64,000 nt of DNA from Bryobacteraceae bacterium. Lineage in GTDB: Bacteria; Acidobacteriota; Terriglobia; Bryobacterales; Bryobacteraceae. The stretch spans positions 4,179 through 68,178 of the forward strand of contig DATKNQ010000141.1 of NCBI GenBank assembly GCA_035541265.1, read 5' to 3'. Shown piece by piece: positions 1-9,033 of the stretch (its first letter is position 1; every line of letters starts with the position of its first letter). The notes under the pieces were generated by a model, which was given only the letters and a program-made list of their open reading frames with translations, was not told the origin of the DNA and ran no database searches. Position numbers and translations under genes: made by a program.

Positions 1-256
1 CGCGCGCTCCGGCGGCGAAGCGTGACGCCTGCGGGCCGCAGCGTTCGACGACGCCAACAACCTGGTGGCCGGGAATCACGCGGCTTTTGCGGGGCGGCAG
101 CTCGCCTTCGGTGACGTGCAGATCGGTGCGGCAGACTCCGCAGGCGCGCACGCGGATCAGCACTTCGCCGGCGCCGGGCTCCGGCGTAGGCGCCTCCGTG
201 AAGACGAGCGGATTGCGCTCGACCGGTCCGGGCGTTTCCAGAATGCAAGCTTTCAT
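1..256 (-). CDS. Zn-dependent alcohol dehydrogenase family protein, N-terminal part (gene runs off the window start)
   Basis: Own translation from ATG at 256: MKACILETPGPVERNPLVFTEAPTPEPGAGEVLIRVRACGVCRTDLHVTEGELPPRKSRVIPGHQVVG. GVCRTDLH and PGHQ..G motifs fit the MDR/ADH N-terminal domain. ATGA start/stop overlap with the upstream hydrolase gene. Confidence 0.8.
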   Translation of the reverse strand, partial: MKACILETPGPVERNPLVFTEAPTPEPGAGEVLIRVRACGVCRTDLHVTEGELPPRKSRVIPGHQVVGVVERCGPQASRFAAGAR

Positions 257-2358
257 GCGAATGCCTCCATATCCCATTTTGCTTCCGGTTGGACAACGAT
301 GTGCGAGCCCGGATAGATCTTGCGCACAGCGGCTGCGGCTAAAGTGCCGCCCATCGCGTCTACAGCGCCGGCGAGAGAGATGCGCCGAGGAGCGAGCGCG
401 GCTGCCACATCGGGCAAGTCAGTATGACGTAACATGCCGAACGTGAAGTTACTTAGCGGGGCACTGTATTGTTCTGTTTCTATTACATTGCGATAAGACA
501 CTAAATGGCCGGCCAGATAGAGCTCAGCGATACCGGGATCCAGGGCGGCTGCGAACAAGGCCGGGACGGTCAGTTCGCCAGAGGCCGCGATCTTTACCGA
601 TTGACCGCGCAGCGCGGGATGCGCGCGCAACGCAGCGGCAAGGGCCAAAATGTCAGTGACACGCTGGCCGAGCAGCGGCTTGCCGAGGATCAGCGACGAC
701 CAGGAGTAGCACTCTTCGGTCGCATGCGAGCGTGCGTGCGCTGCCGGCCCTCGTCCGATTTCGGGTGTGAGGTCACCGACGCCGCGCACGTCGGCCGCAC
801 AGACAGCTGATCCGCGCCTCGCAAGAGTGTGATTCAGACCGCCTTCCTGCCATCTGGCATTGCGGCCGGCCGGCTCGAGCAGCAACAGCACCGGCTTTGA
901 GGCCGCGTGAGTAGACGGCAAATACAGCCAGGCGGGCAGCCAGACGCGCGGGGCGGATGCCACTTCGATGGCTTCTATGGTCACACCAGGCCATCTCATA
1001 CGGCGCAAAGGCAACGGCTTTAGATCGGCGGGCGGACGATCGGCGCCGATCACCTCTTCGAGCGGAGCGGGACGGGTTACGACTGGCGCGTCGCGATTGA
1101 GCTCAAACGGTGTCAGGCTGTGAAACGATCGCACCATGCTGCCGGTCTCAGAGACAAAGAGCGTCTCGTCCTTCTCCGGCCCGGTGGGCGGCTCTTCAGT
1201 GACCGGCCGGTTGTCATTCTGCAGCCAGCGCGCAAACCAGTTGTAGACCTGCATGCGCGAATCATAGGCCAACGCATGCGGCAGCGGCGTATCGACCAAA
1301 GCGAGACGATCGGCAGCGCCGAGGCGCTCGTAAACGGCGCGCAGTTTCTGGAATTCTTCCCAGCCGTTGCGGATGTACTCAGGCGAGTAAGTATGGAAGA
1401 AATCCATGTCACTGACGGAGATTAGCAGCGGCTTGGGCGCGAGGGGATAAAACAAATCCCAACGGTCGAAACCGAGCGGTCCGGAGCCGATCAGATTTTG
1501 TTCGGCATCATCCGTGGAGCCGGGCGGATTGAAGTTCCCACAGGCGACGTTTTCGGTGTTACCGCTCGCGACCGCGGCGGCCGCCAGCCGATCGTCCACC
1601 GCTGCCAACAACATGGTCAACGTGCCGCCGCCTGACTGGCCGGTGGACGCCAAGCGCTTCGCATCGACCAGGGGATGCGCGGCGAGGACATCCAAGCTGC
1701 GTAGCGCATCCCACACCTGCATACGAGTCGCCGTGTTGCCATTCAATAGCATCTGCCTGCCGGGCGTGGTGTGTTCGCTATCGGGCGAGGTCAGGCGGCT
1801 GCGGACGGCGCCGGCCTTGGGATAGTAAATGCGTTCGCCCTGTCCCATGGGGTCGAATGCCAGCACCATGTAACCTAACTTCGCCAGCCCCTGACAGCAG
1901 CGCTGGTAAGTGTCGCCCGCCTTGCCACTGGGGGTGTGGCCCATCTGAAACAACACGCCCGGAAAAGGCCCGTGCCCGCGATCCGGAATATAAAGGTTGG
2001 CGGGGATCTCAAAGTTTGGCACGCTTTCGTACACCAGCTTTTCCAGGCGGTATCCGGAGCGTTCGAATCCGCCGACGGTGCGGAGGTGCAGGGGCGTGCG
2101 GTGGGGCATGCCGCCGGCCAGCTTCCACAATGTCTCGCGCACCCACTGTTGGCGGGCGTGAATCGTGCCCGCCGAGTTGAGCCCGGCGATGGCGCGATTG
2201 CGCACTTCGTACGCCCGCGCAGCGGCGTCGCGGAGGAAGTCCGGAAGGCAACGCGCGTACTCGCGGTATGGCACGCCAGGGAATTCGCTTTGCGATTGTG
2301 CCCGGCATCTCAGCGCGGCCAGAGAGGCCGGTAACAAAACAAAATGGCGCCGCGTCAT
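253..2358 (-). CDS. exported alpha/beta hydrolase (acetyl xylan esterase / dienelactone hydrolase-like), 701 aa
   Basis: Long ORF with an N-terminal signal-like MTRRHFVLLPASLAALRC. GQSGGG nucleophile-elbow motif and an AXE1-like N-terminal region. Confidence 0.75.
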   Translation of the reverse strand: MTRRHFVLLPASLAALRCRAQSQSEFPGVPYREYARCLPDFLRDAAARAYEVRNRAIAGLNSAGTIHARQQWVRETLWKLAGGMPHRTPLHLRTVGGFERSGYRLEKLVYESVPNFEIPANLYIPDRGHGPFPGVLFQMGHTPSGKAGDTYQRCCQGLAKLGYMVLAFDPMGQGERIYYPKAGAVRSRLTSPDSEHTTPGRQMLLNGNTATRMQVWDALRSLDVLAAHPLVDAKRLASTGQSGGGTLTMLLAAVDDRLAAAAVASGNTENVACGNFNPPGSTDDAEQNLIGSGPLGFDRWDLFYPLAPKPLLISVSDMDFFHTYSPEYIRNGWEEFQKLRAVYERLGAADRLALVDTPLPHALAYDSRMQVYNWFARWLQNDNRPVTEEPPTGPEKDETLFVSETGSMVRSFHSLTPFELNRDAPVVTRPAPLEEVIGADRPPADLKPLPLRRMRWPGVTIEAIEVASAPRVWLPAWLYLPSTHAASKPVLLLLEPAGRNARWQEGGLNHTLARRGSAVCAADVRGVGDLTPEIGRGPAAHARSHATEECYSWSSLILGKPLLGQRVTDILALAAALRAHPALRGQSVKIAASGELTVPALFAAALDPGIAELYLAGHLVSYRNVIETEQYSAPLSNFTFGMLRHTDLPDVAAALAPRRISLAGAVDAMGGTLAAAAVRKIYPGSHIVVQPEAKWDMEAFA

Positions 2359-2670
2359 GACTGACAGTGTAGTATGCTTCAGGGCATCGTGAGGTATGTA
2401 CTGGTCAGCACCATAGTTACGCGTCTACCCGATTGGTTTGCGGTGCAGTACCTGAAGGGCTGTATGTGCGGGGCGCGCACGGCATACTACACTAACGGCA
2501 GCTTATAACAGCATTCAGGATAAACGAGCCCAAATATATGACCACCTCAGTTCGCAAGGCGGCTACCGCCGCTTGCGATTGTAAGTGTACTGTTCGTACA
2601 GGTAAATGGAACTTCGAAGTACAGCACGAACTCGGATGGAGCACTTTGCTGAGCGTGAATTGACAACGGC

Positions 2671-2860
2671 ATGCTTGGCGCGCAGGCATACAATTTGCTG
2701 AATCGCCCGAACTTCGATCAGCCGGTGAACGATATCGCGAACCCGCTGTTCGGATCGATCACACGGCTGGTGGGGCCGCACGACCAGTCTCCTGGGATCG
2801 TTTGTGGCGGGCAACGATTCGCTGCGTTTCGCGGAGATGAAGGCGGAACTGCACTTTTGA
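2671..2860 (+). pseudogene. C-terminal remnant of a TonB-dependent-receptor-like outer membrane protein (frameshifted, no N-terminal part)
   Basis: AQAYNLLNRPNFDQPVNDIANPLFGSITR resembles the penultimate strands of acidobacterial TonB-dependent/CarboxypepD_reg proteins. A +1 frame then reads ..LRFAEMKAELHF-stop (terminal Phe). Nothing receptor-like lies upstream. Confidence 0.4.
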
Positions 2861-2866
2861 AAACCT

Positions 2867-3439
2867 TTATTCGGGAGTGAATTCCTTGACTGGTTTTCCA
2901 TCCTCATAGCGGGCGTGCACCTGCTCTTCGCCGGTTCTGGGGTTGACCCAGGAGAATTGTAGCTTCCTCGGCGGCACGAAAGACTTGTCTGATTTGGCCT
3001 TTTCTTTGGGCTTTTCCGGCTGTTTCTGGCGCGCAGCCTTGATGCGTTCTAGCTCGTGATGCGCGCGATGCCAGGCGCGCTTGAGGCGCTCTTCGACCTG
3101 ACTGAGGCGTTCGAGGTGGAGGATGCGGACGCTGCCGGGCAGGTTCTCGGCATACAGGTCGCGCTCGAGTCCTTCGACGCGGCGCAGCTTCCATTCGGAG
3201 TTAGCCATCTCTTCGACCAAGGTGTGCTCGGGTGGATTCTGGGGTTGATAGTACGCTTCCAGGGATCCGAGCAAGGCCTGGAATTCTTCGGGATCTTCTT
3301 CGGGGAGGATGATGGTGCGGGCGCGCAGGCCGTGGCGCAGGGCGTTGAAGCTGGATCGGGCCTTGCCTTCGGCGGTGCGCGGACCGGTGGACTTCTGCGC
3401 GTTGCGGCGGTTGGCCGCGATTTGTTTTTCAGTTGCCAT
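2867..3439 (-). CDS. hypothetical protein (190 aa, basic N-terminus, Lys/Glu-rich C-terminal half)
   Basis: Clean ORF with coding-like composition, MATEKQIAANRRNAQKSTGPRTAEGKARSSFNALRHGL. No family recognised. Confidence 0.6.
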   Translation of the reverse strand: MATEKQIAANRRNAQKSTGPRTAEGKARSSFNALRHGLRARTIILPEEDPEEFQALLGSLEAYYQPQNPPEHTLVEEMANSEWKLRRVEGLERDLYAENLPGSVRILHLERLSQVEERLKRAWHRAHHELERIKAARQKQPEKPKEKAKSDKSFVPPRKLQFSWVNPRTGEEQVHARYEDGKPVKEFTPE

Positions 3440-3586
3440 GAGGTTGTCTCCTTTGGAACGTTCGAAGCCAGTAACAGCGGGCGATTTGTTGGCCGGAGCG
3501 TAGCATGGCTGGGGTGCGAGATTGGCTCGGGGTTAGGGTAGGCTCTTGGTGAGCCGAGGGTTAGGTTTTTGGGCAGGGCTGTGATT

Positions 3587-3612
3587 GGGCGGCCTTTGAG
3601 GCCGCCGCAGGC
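3587..3612. repeat. GC-rich palindromic element GGGCGGCC-TTTGA-GGCCGCCGCAGGC, copy 1 of 2
   Basis: 7-bp stem GGCGGCC/GGCCGCC nested inside an outer GGGCAGG(3571-3577)/CCTGCCC(3619-3625) stem. A 23/26-identical copy lies at 34024-34049. Confidence 0.55.
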
Positions 3613-3636
3613 TGGGAGCCTGCCCCACCTGTTAGA

Positions 3637-4821
3637 ATGCGGGAGTCTATGCCGTTTTCCGTTTCGCGGCGGCGGTTTCTCGGTACACTCGGGGTAATTG
3701 CGCCGATTTTCAAGGCTTGGGCCGCACGCGTTAAGATTTCCGATATTCGGGTGATGGTACTCGAGGGGCCTCGCACTTACACGCTGGTGAAGGTGGTCAG
3801 TGACTCGGGCGTGTATGGGATCGGCGAAGGGTACGGCAGCCCAGGGGTCGGGGTCAAGGCCGGGGTGCTGGAACTGCGGCCGTACTTTCTGGGCAAAGAT
3901 CCGCTCGAGATTGAGACGCTGTATAGCGGGCTCGAGAGCCGGGTGAATGGGTCGGCCAACATGCTGCTGCGGGCGGTGAGCGCGATCGAGATCGCGCTAT
4001 GGGACCTGGCGGGCAAGCTACTGGGTCAGCCGGTGTCGGTGTTACTGGGAGGGCGTTATCGCGAGCGGGTGCGGGTCTACCGGGATGAAGGGCCGAGTAA
4101 CATGCTGGATCGCTCCACCTGCAACGAATGGGCGGACAAGATGAAGGGCGATCCGGCGGGGTGGACGGCGTTCCGCGTTTCGCCGCCGCGGCGCGCGGCG
4201 AAGATCGACGACTTCCGGCAGGCGTTTGAATACTGCCGCGACGCGATCGGTTGGGATCGCGATTTGATTGTACACTGCGAGGGCGATTACGATTTGCCGG
4301 GCGCGCTGGCACTGGCGGAGGCGATCGCGCCGGTAAAGCCGCTGTGGCTGGAGGATCCACTACCGCCGGATTTTTCGGAGAGCTGGGTACGGCTGGCGCA
4401 GGCATCGAAGGTCCCGATCGCGACCGGGGTGAACCTGGCGCGACGGCAAGGATTCCGCCAATTCATCATGAACCAGGGGTGCACGGTCGTGCAGCCGGAC
4501 GTGCGGAACGCGGGCGGGTTGCTCGAATCGAAGAAGGTCGCGAACCTGGCGGAGCTGTGGAGTCTGCCGGTGGCGGCGCAGAACAGCGGGAGTGCGGTGA
4601 GCACGATGGCGACCGTGCAGTGGGCGGCCGCAGTGCGCGATTTTCTGGCGGCGGAGACGGTGATCGGGCGCGGCAACTGGATGGACGATGTGATCGTGCA
4701 TCAGGGCGGGATTGTCTCGCAGGGCTGCATCGCGGTGGCGCAGACGCCGGGGTTGGGAATCGAGCTGAATCCGGATACGGTGAAAGCGAACCTGGCCGAG
4801 GGCGAGCGGTTCTGGGACTGA
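3637..4821 (+). CDS. Tat-signal enolase-superfamily protein (mandelate racemase/muconate lactonizing, galactonate-dehydratase-like fold)
   Basis: SRRRFLGTLG twin-arginine motif. MR_MLE-like blocks VKVVSDSGVYGIGEG, AIEIALWDLAGK, PLWLEDP, VVQPDV..AGGL. An alternative start lies at 3649. Confidence 0.8.
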   Translation: MRESMPFSVSRRRFLGTLGVIAPIFKAWAARVKISDIRVMVLEGPRTYTLVKVVSDSGVYGIGEGYGSPGVGVKAGVLELRPYFLGKDPLEIETLYSGLESRVNGSANMLLRAVSAIEIALWDLAGKLLGQPVSVLLGGRYRERVRVYRDEGPSNMLDRSTCNEWADKMKGDPAGWTAFRVSPPRRAAKIDDFRQAFEYCRDAIGWDRDLIVHCEGDYDLPGALALAEAIAPVKPLWLEDPLPPDFSESWVRLAQASKVPIATGVNLARRQGFRQFIMNQGCTVVQPDVRNAGGLLESKKVANLAELWSLPVAAQNSGSAVSTMATVQWAAAVRDFLAAETVIGRGNWMDDVIVHQGGIVSQGCIAVAQTPGLGIELNPDTVKANLAEGERFWD

Positions 4822-4825
4822 CGGC

Positions 4826-5464
4826 GTGATTGCCTATGTCGCACCGTTTATAGTTTTCATTGCGCTGCGCTGGCTGCCGATTGCGCCGGAGTGGCTGGCG
4901 CCGGTGCGATTGGCGGTGGTGGCGGCGACGATTGCGGGCTTGTCGCGGCGCGTGCTGCCGCGGCGCTTGCTGTTCCCGGTGGGATCGGTGGCGCTGGGCG
5001 CGGCGGTGCTGGTGATCTGGATTGCGCCGGACGTACTCTGGCCGGGCTATCGCGATTTCTGGCTGTTTCACAATTCGATCACGGGCGTGGCGCGCAGTAC
5101 GCTGCCGGTGCGGGTGCGGGTGAATGCGGTGTTCATCGCGGTGCGCGTCGTCGAGAGCGCGGTGCTGGTGCCGATTCTCGAAGAACTGTTCTGGCGCGGC
5201 TGGCTGATGCGTTGGCTGATCCGGAACGATTTTGAAAAGGCGCCGCTGGGACAATATACGGCGTTTTCTTTTTGGGGCGTGGCGGTGCTGTTTGCGCTGG
5301 AGCATGGGCCGTATTGGGAAGTGGGCCTCGCGGCGGGTGTGGCGTACAACTGGTGGATGGTGCGGACGGGCAGCCTGGCGGATTGCATGCTGGCGCACGG
5401 GGTTACGAACGCGCTGCTGGCGGCGTATGTACTGTTCTTCAACCATTGGCAGTACTGGTTGTGA
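4826..5464 (+). CDS. CPBP family intramembrane glutamic endopeptidase (CAAX protease-like)
   Basis: Multi-TM ORF with EELFWRGW, FALEHG and HGVTNAL motifs. Starts 4 nt after the upstream stop. Confidence 0.8.
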   Translation: MIAYVAPFIVFIALRWLPIAPEWLAPVRLAVVAATIAGLSRRVLPRRLLFPVGSVALGAAVLVIWIAPDVLWPGYRDFWLFHNSITGVARSTLPVRVRVNAVFIAVRVVESAVLVPILEELFWRGWLMRWLIRNDFEKAPLGQYTAFSFWGVAVLFALEHGPYWEVGLAAGVAYNWWMVRTGSLADCMLAHGVTNALLAAYVLFFNHWQYWL

Positions 5465-5489
5465 GATTCGATGTACACTGACTGCAATT

Positions 5490-6776
5490 ATGGAACTCGA
5501 CCGCAGATCGTTTTTGAATCAGGGCACCGCCGCGCTGGCCGGCACTGCGCTTTCCTATAGCCGCATCCTGGGCGCTAACGAACGCATCTCACTGGGGCAC
5601 ATCGGGGTGGGATCGCGGGGCACGGAACTGGCCTGGATGGCGGCGCAGCTCAAAGACAAGAAGAACGTGGAGATGACGGCCGTTTGCGACTTGTGGCGGA
5701 TCAACCGCGGCAAGGCGGCGGCGGGGGCCACGGCGGTTTACGGACGGGCGCCGCGGGCGTTCGAATACTTCGAGGACCTGCTGGCGTTGAAAGATGTGGA
5801 CGCGGTGCTGATCTCGACTCCGGATTTCACGCACTCGATGATTTTGAAATTAACCGCCGAGGCCGGCAAGGATGCCTATTGCGAGAAACCCATGGGCAAC
5901 GTGCTGGAAGAAGCCATGGCGGCGCGGGATGCGGTGGTGGCGCGTAAGTTAGTGGTGCAGGTAGGGACGCAGCATCGCAGCGAACCTTACCAGATCGCGA
6001 CGCGGGACTTGATTCGCACGGGCGCGCTGGGGGAAGTGAGTAAGTACGAGGTAGTTTGGAACTATCATGGCCCGCGGTGGCGGGGGCGTCCGGAAGTGAA
6101 GTTACTGCGCGAGGAAGATACGGACTGGAAACGCTGGCTGATGCATAAGCGGTACCGGCCGTTCGATCCACGGGTGTATCTGGAATTCAGGTTGTACAAG
6201 GAGTTTTCGAGCGGCATTGCGGATCAGTGGATGAGTCACGCCATCGACTTAGCGCACTTCTTCATGGAGGATGAGTTTCCGAAGTCAGTGATGGCGCACG
6301 GCGGCGTGTTCGCCTGGCCGGATGGGCGGGAGAATCCGGACACTTTTCAGGCGTTATTCGAGTATCCGAAAGGGTTCTTAGTGAGTTACTCGACCAGCTT
6401 CGGGAATGACAGCGACAGCTTCACGCGGATTATGGGTAAGAAGGCTACTTTGATCAATGTGGGCGGCGAAGGGAGCCAGCGCTGGGAACTGGTGGAGGAG
6501 AAAGGCACGCACGAGGATCATCCTTTTATCCAGCGCAAGAAGACCTTTGTCACGCTGGCGGGAAGTGACAAGCCGGGCCTGCCTTTTATCAGCGATACGG
6601 ATCTTTCACACATGACGAACTGGTTCGATTGCCTGCGCAGCCGGCAGCAGCCGAATGCCACGGTGCGGCACGGATTCGCGCATTCGGTGGCCGTGATTAT
6701 GGCGGCGCGGGCTTATCGCGAAGGGCGGAAATTGTTTTGGAACCGGGAGACGGAGACGATCGGGGAGCAGGATTAA
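5490..6776 (+). CDS. Gfo/Idh/MocA family oxidoreductase with Tat signal
   Basis: In-frame ATG at 5490 gives MELDRRSFLNQGTAALAG then the Rossmann motif LGHIGVGSRG. The tabulated 5232 start overlaps the CPBP gene and is rejected. Confidence 0.85.
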   Translation: MELDRRSFLNQGTAALAGTALSYSRILGANERISLGHIGVGSRGTELAWMAAQLKDKKNVEMTAVCDLWRINRGKAAAGATAVYGRAPRAFEYFEDLLALKDVDAVLISTPDFTHSMILKLTAEAGKDAYCEKPMGNVLEEAMAARDAVVARKLVVQVGTQHRSEPYQIATRDLIRTGALGEVSKYEVVWNYHGPRWRGRPEVKLLREEDTDWKRWLMHKRYRPFDPRVYLEFRLYKEFSSGIADQWMSHAIDLAHFFMEDEFPKSVMAHGGVFAWPDGRENPDTFQALFEYPKGFLVSYSTSFGNDSDSFTRIMGKKATLINVGGEGSQRWELVEEKGTHEDHPFIQRKKTFVTLAGSDKPGLPFISDTDLSHMTNWFDCLRSRQQPNATVRHGFAHSVAVIMAARAYREGRKLFWNRETETIGEQD

Positions 6777-6777
6777 C

Positions 6778-7941
6778 GTGCGATTCATGAGTTGTTTTTT
6801 GTTGTGCGCGACGATGTGCGGCGCTCCGCTGGTGCGATTTGCGGAGCACACGGTCGCGACCGGCCTGAAAGGCGGTTACCAGGTGGTGGCGGTGGATGTG
6901 AACCACGATGGGAAGACGGACTTGATCGCGCTGGCGAGCGGGATGAGCGAGTTGGTGTGGTACGAGAATCCGGGCTGGGAGCGGCATGTGATCGCGGATC
7001 ACCTCTCGGGAATGATCAACCTGGCGGCTTGGGACATGGACGGCGATGGGATTCCGGAGATCGTGCTGGCTTCGGGGTTCGCCATGAACGCGAACGAGAG
7101 CGCGGGAGTTGTTTCGGTGCTCCATCACAACGGCGATCCGCGGCTGATGTGGAGCATACGGGAGATCGACCGGCTGCCGACCTCGCACCGGCTGCGGTGG
7201 GCGGACATCGACGGCAGCGGTCACAAGGTGGTGATCAGCCAGCCGCTGACTAACGCGGCGGCTACGACGCCGCAGGATCGTCTACACACGCCGACGGTGA
7301 TGTACCGGCCGGGCGCGTGGAAGCGCGAGATGATTTCGAATAGGGAAGAAGGCGTGGTGCACGGGATTTACATCGGAGACTGGGACGGCGACGGGCGGGA
7401 CGAGATCCTGAGCGCAGGCTTCAGCGGGATTCATCTTTACAAGCTGGGGCGCAATGGCGTGTGGAATCGGACGGAAATCGCCAAGGGCGATCCGGCGCCA
7501 TGGCCCAAGTGCGGGTCGAGCGATGTGGCGGTGGGGCATGTGGGCAAGCGGCGATTCGTGGCGGCGATCGAGCCGTGGCACGGCAATCAGGTGGCGATTT
7601 ATCGCGAGGCTGGCGGCGTGTGGCAGCGGCACGTGATCGACGACGGGATAGCCGACGGGCACACGATCTGGACCGCGGACTTCAATGGCGACGGGCGCGA
7701 CGAAGTGGTGGCGGGATATCGCGGGAAGGGCGTGAACGTCTACTATGCGCAGGATGGCGACGGCGCGCAGTGGTCAAAGATGGTGCTCGATAGTGACATG
7801 CCCGCGGCGGCTTGCGCGATCGCGGACCTGAATGGGGACGGGCGTCCGGACATCGCGTGCATCGGTTCGGCGACGGCGAATCTGAAGTGGTACGAGAACT
7901 TGGGAGAAGCTCGCGCAAAACATGGCGCCCCGCGCCGCTAG
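6778..7941 (+). CDS. FG-GAP/VCBS repeat beta-propeller protein
   Basis: Repeated Ca-binding-like loops DVNHDGKTD, DMDGDGIPE, DIDGSG, DWDGDGRDE, DFNGDGRDE, DLNGDGRPD. Confidence 0.8.
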   Translation: MRFMSCFLLCATMCGAPLVRFAEHTVATGLKGGYQVVAVDVNHDGKTDLIALASGMSELVWYENPGWERHVIADHLSGMINLAAWDMDGDGIPEIVLASGFAMNANESAGVVSVLHHNGDPRLMWSIREIDRLPTSHRLRWADIDGSGHKVVISQPLTNAAATTPQDRLHTPTVMYRPGAWKREMISNREEGVVHGIYIGDWDGDGRDEILSAGFSGIHLYKLGRNGVWNRTEIAKGDPAPWPKCGSSDVAVGHVGKRRFVAAIEPWHGNQVAIYREAGGVWQRHVIDDGIADGHTIWTADFNGDGRDEVVAGYRGKGVNVYYAQDGDGAQWSKMVLDSDMPAAACAIADLNGDGRPDIACIGSATANLKWYENLGEARAKHGAPRR

Positions 7942-8019
7942 TTTTCTACGAGTTCCCCCCTTAAATGGCGGCGCGGAACGACGCGCCCTTTGCGCTTGAA
8001 GGTGTCGTAAAATCGAAGT

Positions 8020-9033
8020 TTGTCTAAGTTCTTAGTAACTGTGGTGATTCCTACCTTGGCCGCGGACCGGCGGCTAATTGAATGCGTTGCGGCTTTGGGG
8101 AAGCAGACGCAGCGCGACTTCGAAGTGATTATCGTGGACAACAGCGGCAAGGGTGCGGCGCGCAAGAACGGGGCGGAGCGCGCGGGCGTGCGGATCATCG
8201 AGCGGGCGCAAAACAGCGGCTTCGGGGCAGCGGTCAACGAAGGCTACAGACAATCGGACAGCGTGTACCTGGCGACGCTGAACGATGACGCAGCGCCGTA
8301 TCCGGGGTGGCTGGCGGCGATGGTGGCGGCGATGGAGGCGCGGCCGGACGCGGGCATGTGCGCGTCGCAGGTGCGGCTGTATGGCGAGGAGGCGCTGGAT
8401 TCGGCGGGCATGCTGATTTGCGGCGATGGCAGCAGCAAGCAGCGCGGGCATGCGCGCCCGCCGCACTTCTTTCCGGTGCTGGAAGAGGCGCTGTTTCCGA
8501 GCGGATCGGCGGCGCTTTACCGGCGCGCGATGCTGGAACAGATCGGGCTGTTTGACGAAGATTTTTTTCTATACTGCGAGGACACGGACCTGGGGCTGCG
8601 CGCGCGGTGGGCGGGCTGGCGGTGTTTGTATGTGCCGGAGGCGGTGGTGGAGCATCATTACTCGCATTCGGCGGGACGGGCATCGCGATTGAAGGCGTAT
8701 TACGTGGAGCGCAACCGGCTGTTCGTGCTGGCAAAGAATTTTCCGGCGCGCATGATGGCGGCGGCGCCGTGGATTTCGCTGGCGCGGTATGCGTGGCATT
8801 TACGGTACATGTTAGGCGGACGGGGCGCGGCGGCGCGATTCCGGCTGGAAGGGGCACCGGCGTGGCGCATGCCTTTTTACGTGCTGCGGGCGCACGGGGC
8901 GCTGTTGCTGCACGCACCGGCATTGTGGCGGAAGCGGCGCGAGATCCGCCGGACGGCGCGGGTGACGCCGCAAATCTACCGGCGCTTGCTGCGCTCGTAT
9001 TGGATTTCGGCGCGGCGGGTAGCGGAACTCTAA
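8020..9033 (+). CDS. glycosyltransferase family 2
   Basis: VVIPTLA...FEVIIVDNSG, LNDDA, FFLYCEDTDL motifs typical of GT2 (rhamnosyltransferase-like). Confidence 0.85.
   Translation: MSKFLVTVVIPTLAADRRLIECVAALGKQTQRDFEVIIVDNSGKGAARKNGAERAGVRIIERAQNSGFGAAVNEGYRQSDSVYLATLNDDAAPYPGWLAAMVAAMEARPDAGMCASQVRLYGEEALDSAGMLICGDGSSKQRGHARPPHFFPVLEEALFPSGSAALYRRAMLEQIGLFDEDFFLYCEDTDLGLRARWAGWRCLYVPEAVVEHHYSHSAGRASRLKAYYVERNRLFVLAKNFPARMMAAAPWISLARYAWHLRYMLGGRGAAARFRLEGAPAWRMPFYVLRAHGALLLHAPALWRKRREIRRTARVTPQIYRRLLRSYWISARRVAEL

Noticed and set aside
65-446. Two plus-strand ORFs (83 and 119 aa) at the left edge
   Set aside because: They are antisense to the ADH N-terminus and the hydrolase C-terminus, and their Arg/Ala/Gly-rich translations have no motifs.
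4466-5446. 326-aa minus-strand ORF (and similar ORFs 8234-9169, 19789-20751, 31691-32938, 42706-43752, 52978-53991, 57426-58475, 17353-18156)
   Set aside because: All are antisense or out of frame to genes with clear family motifs. Their translations are dominated by Arg/Pro/Ala/His/Gly runs with no recognisable domains.
5232-5489. Upstream extension of the Gfo/Idh/MocA ORF
   Set aside because: It overlaps the 3' part of the CPBP gene in another frame and is Trp/Arg-rich. The Tat signal and Rossmann motif follow the ATG at 5490.
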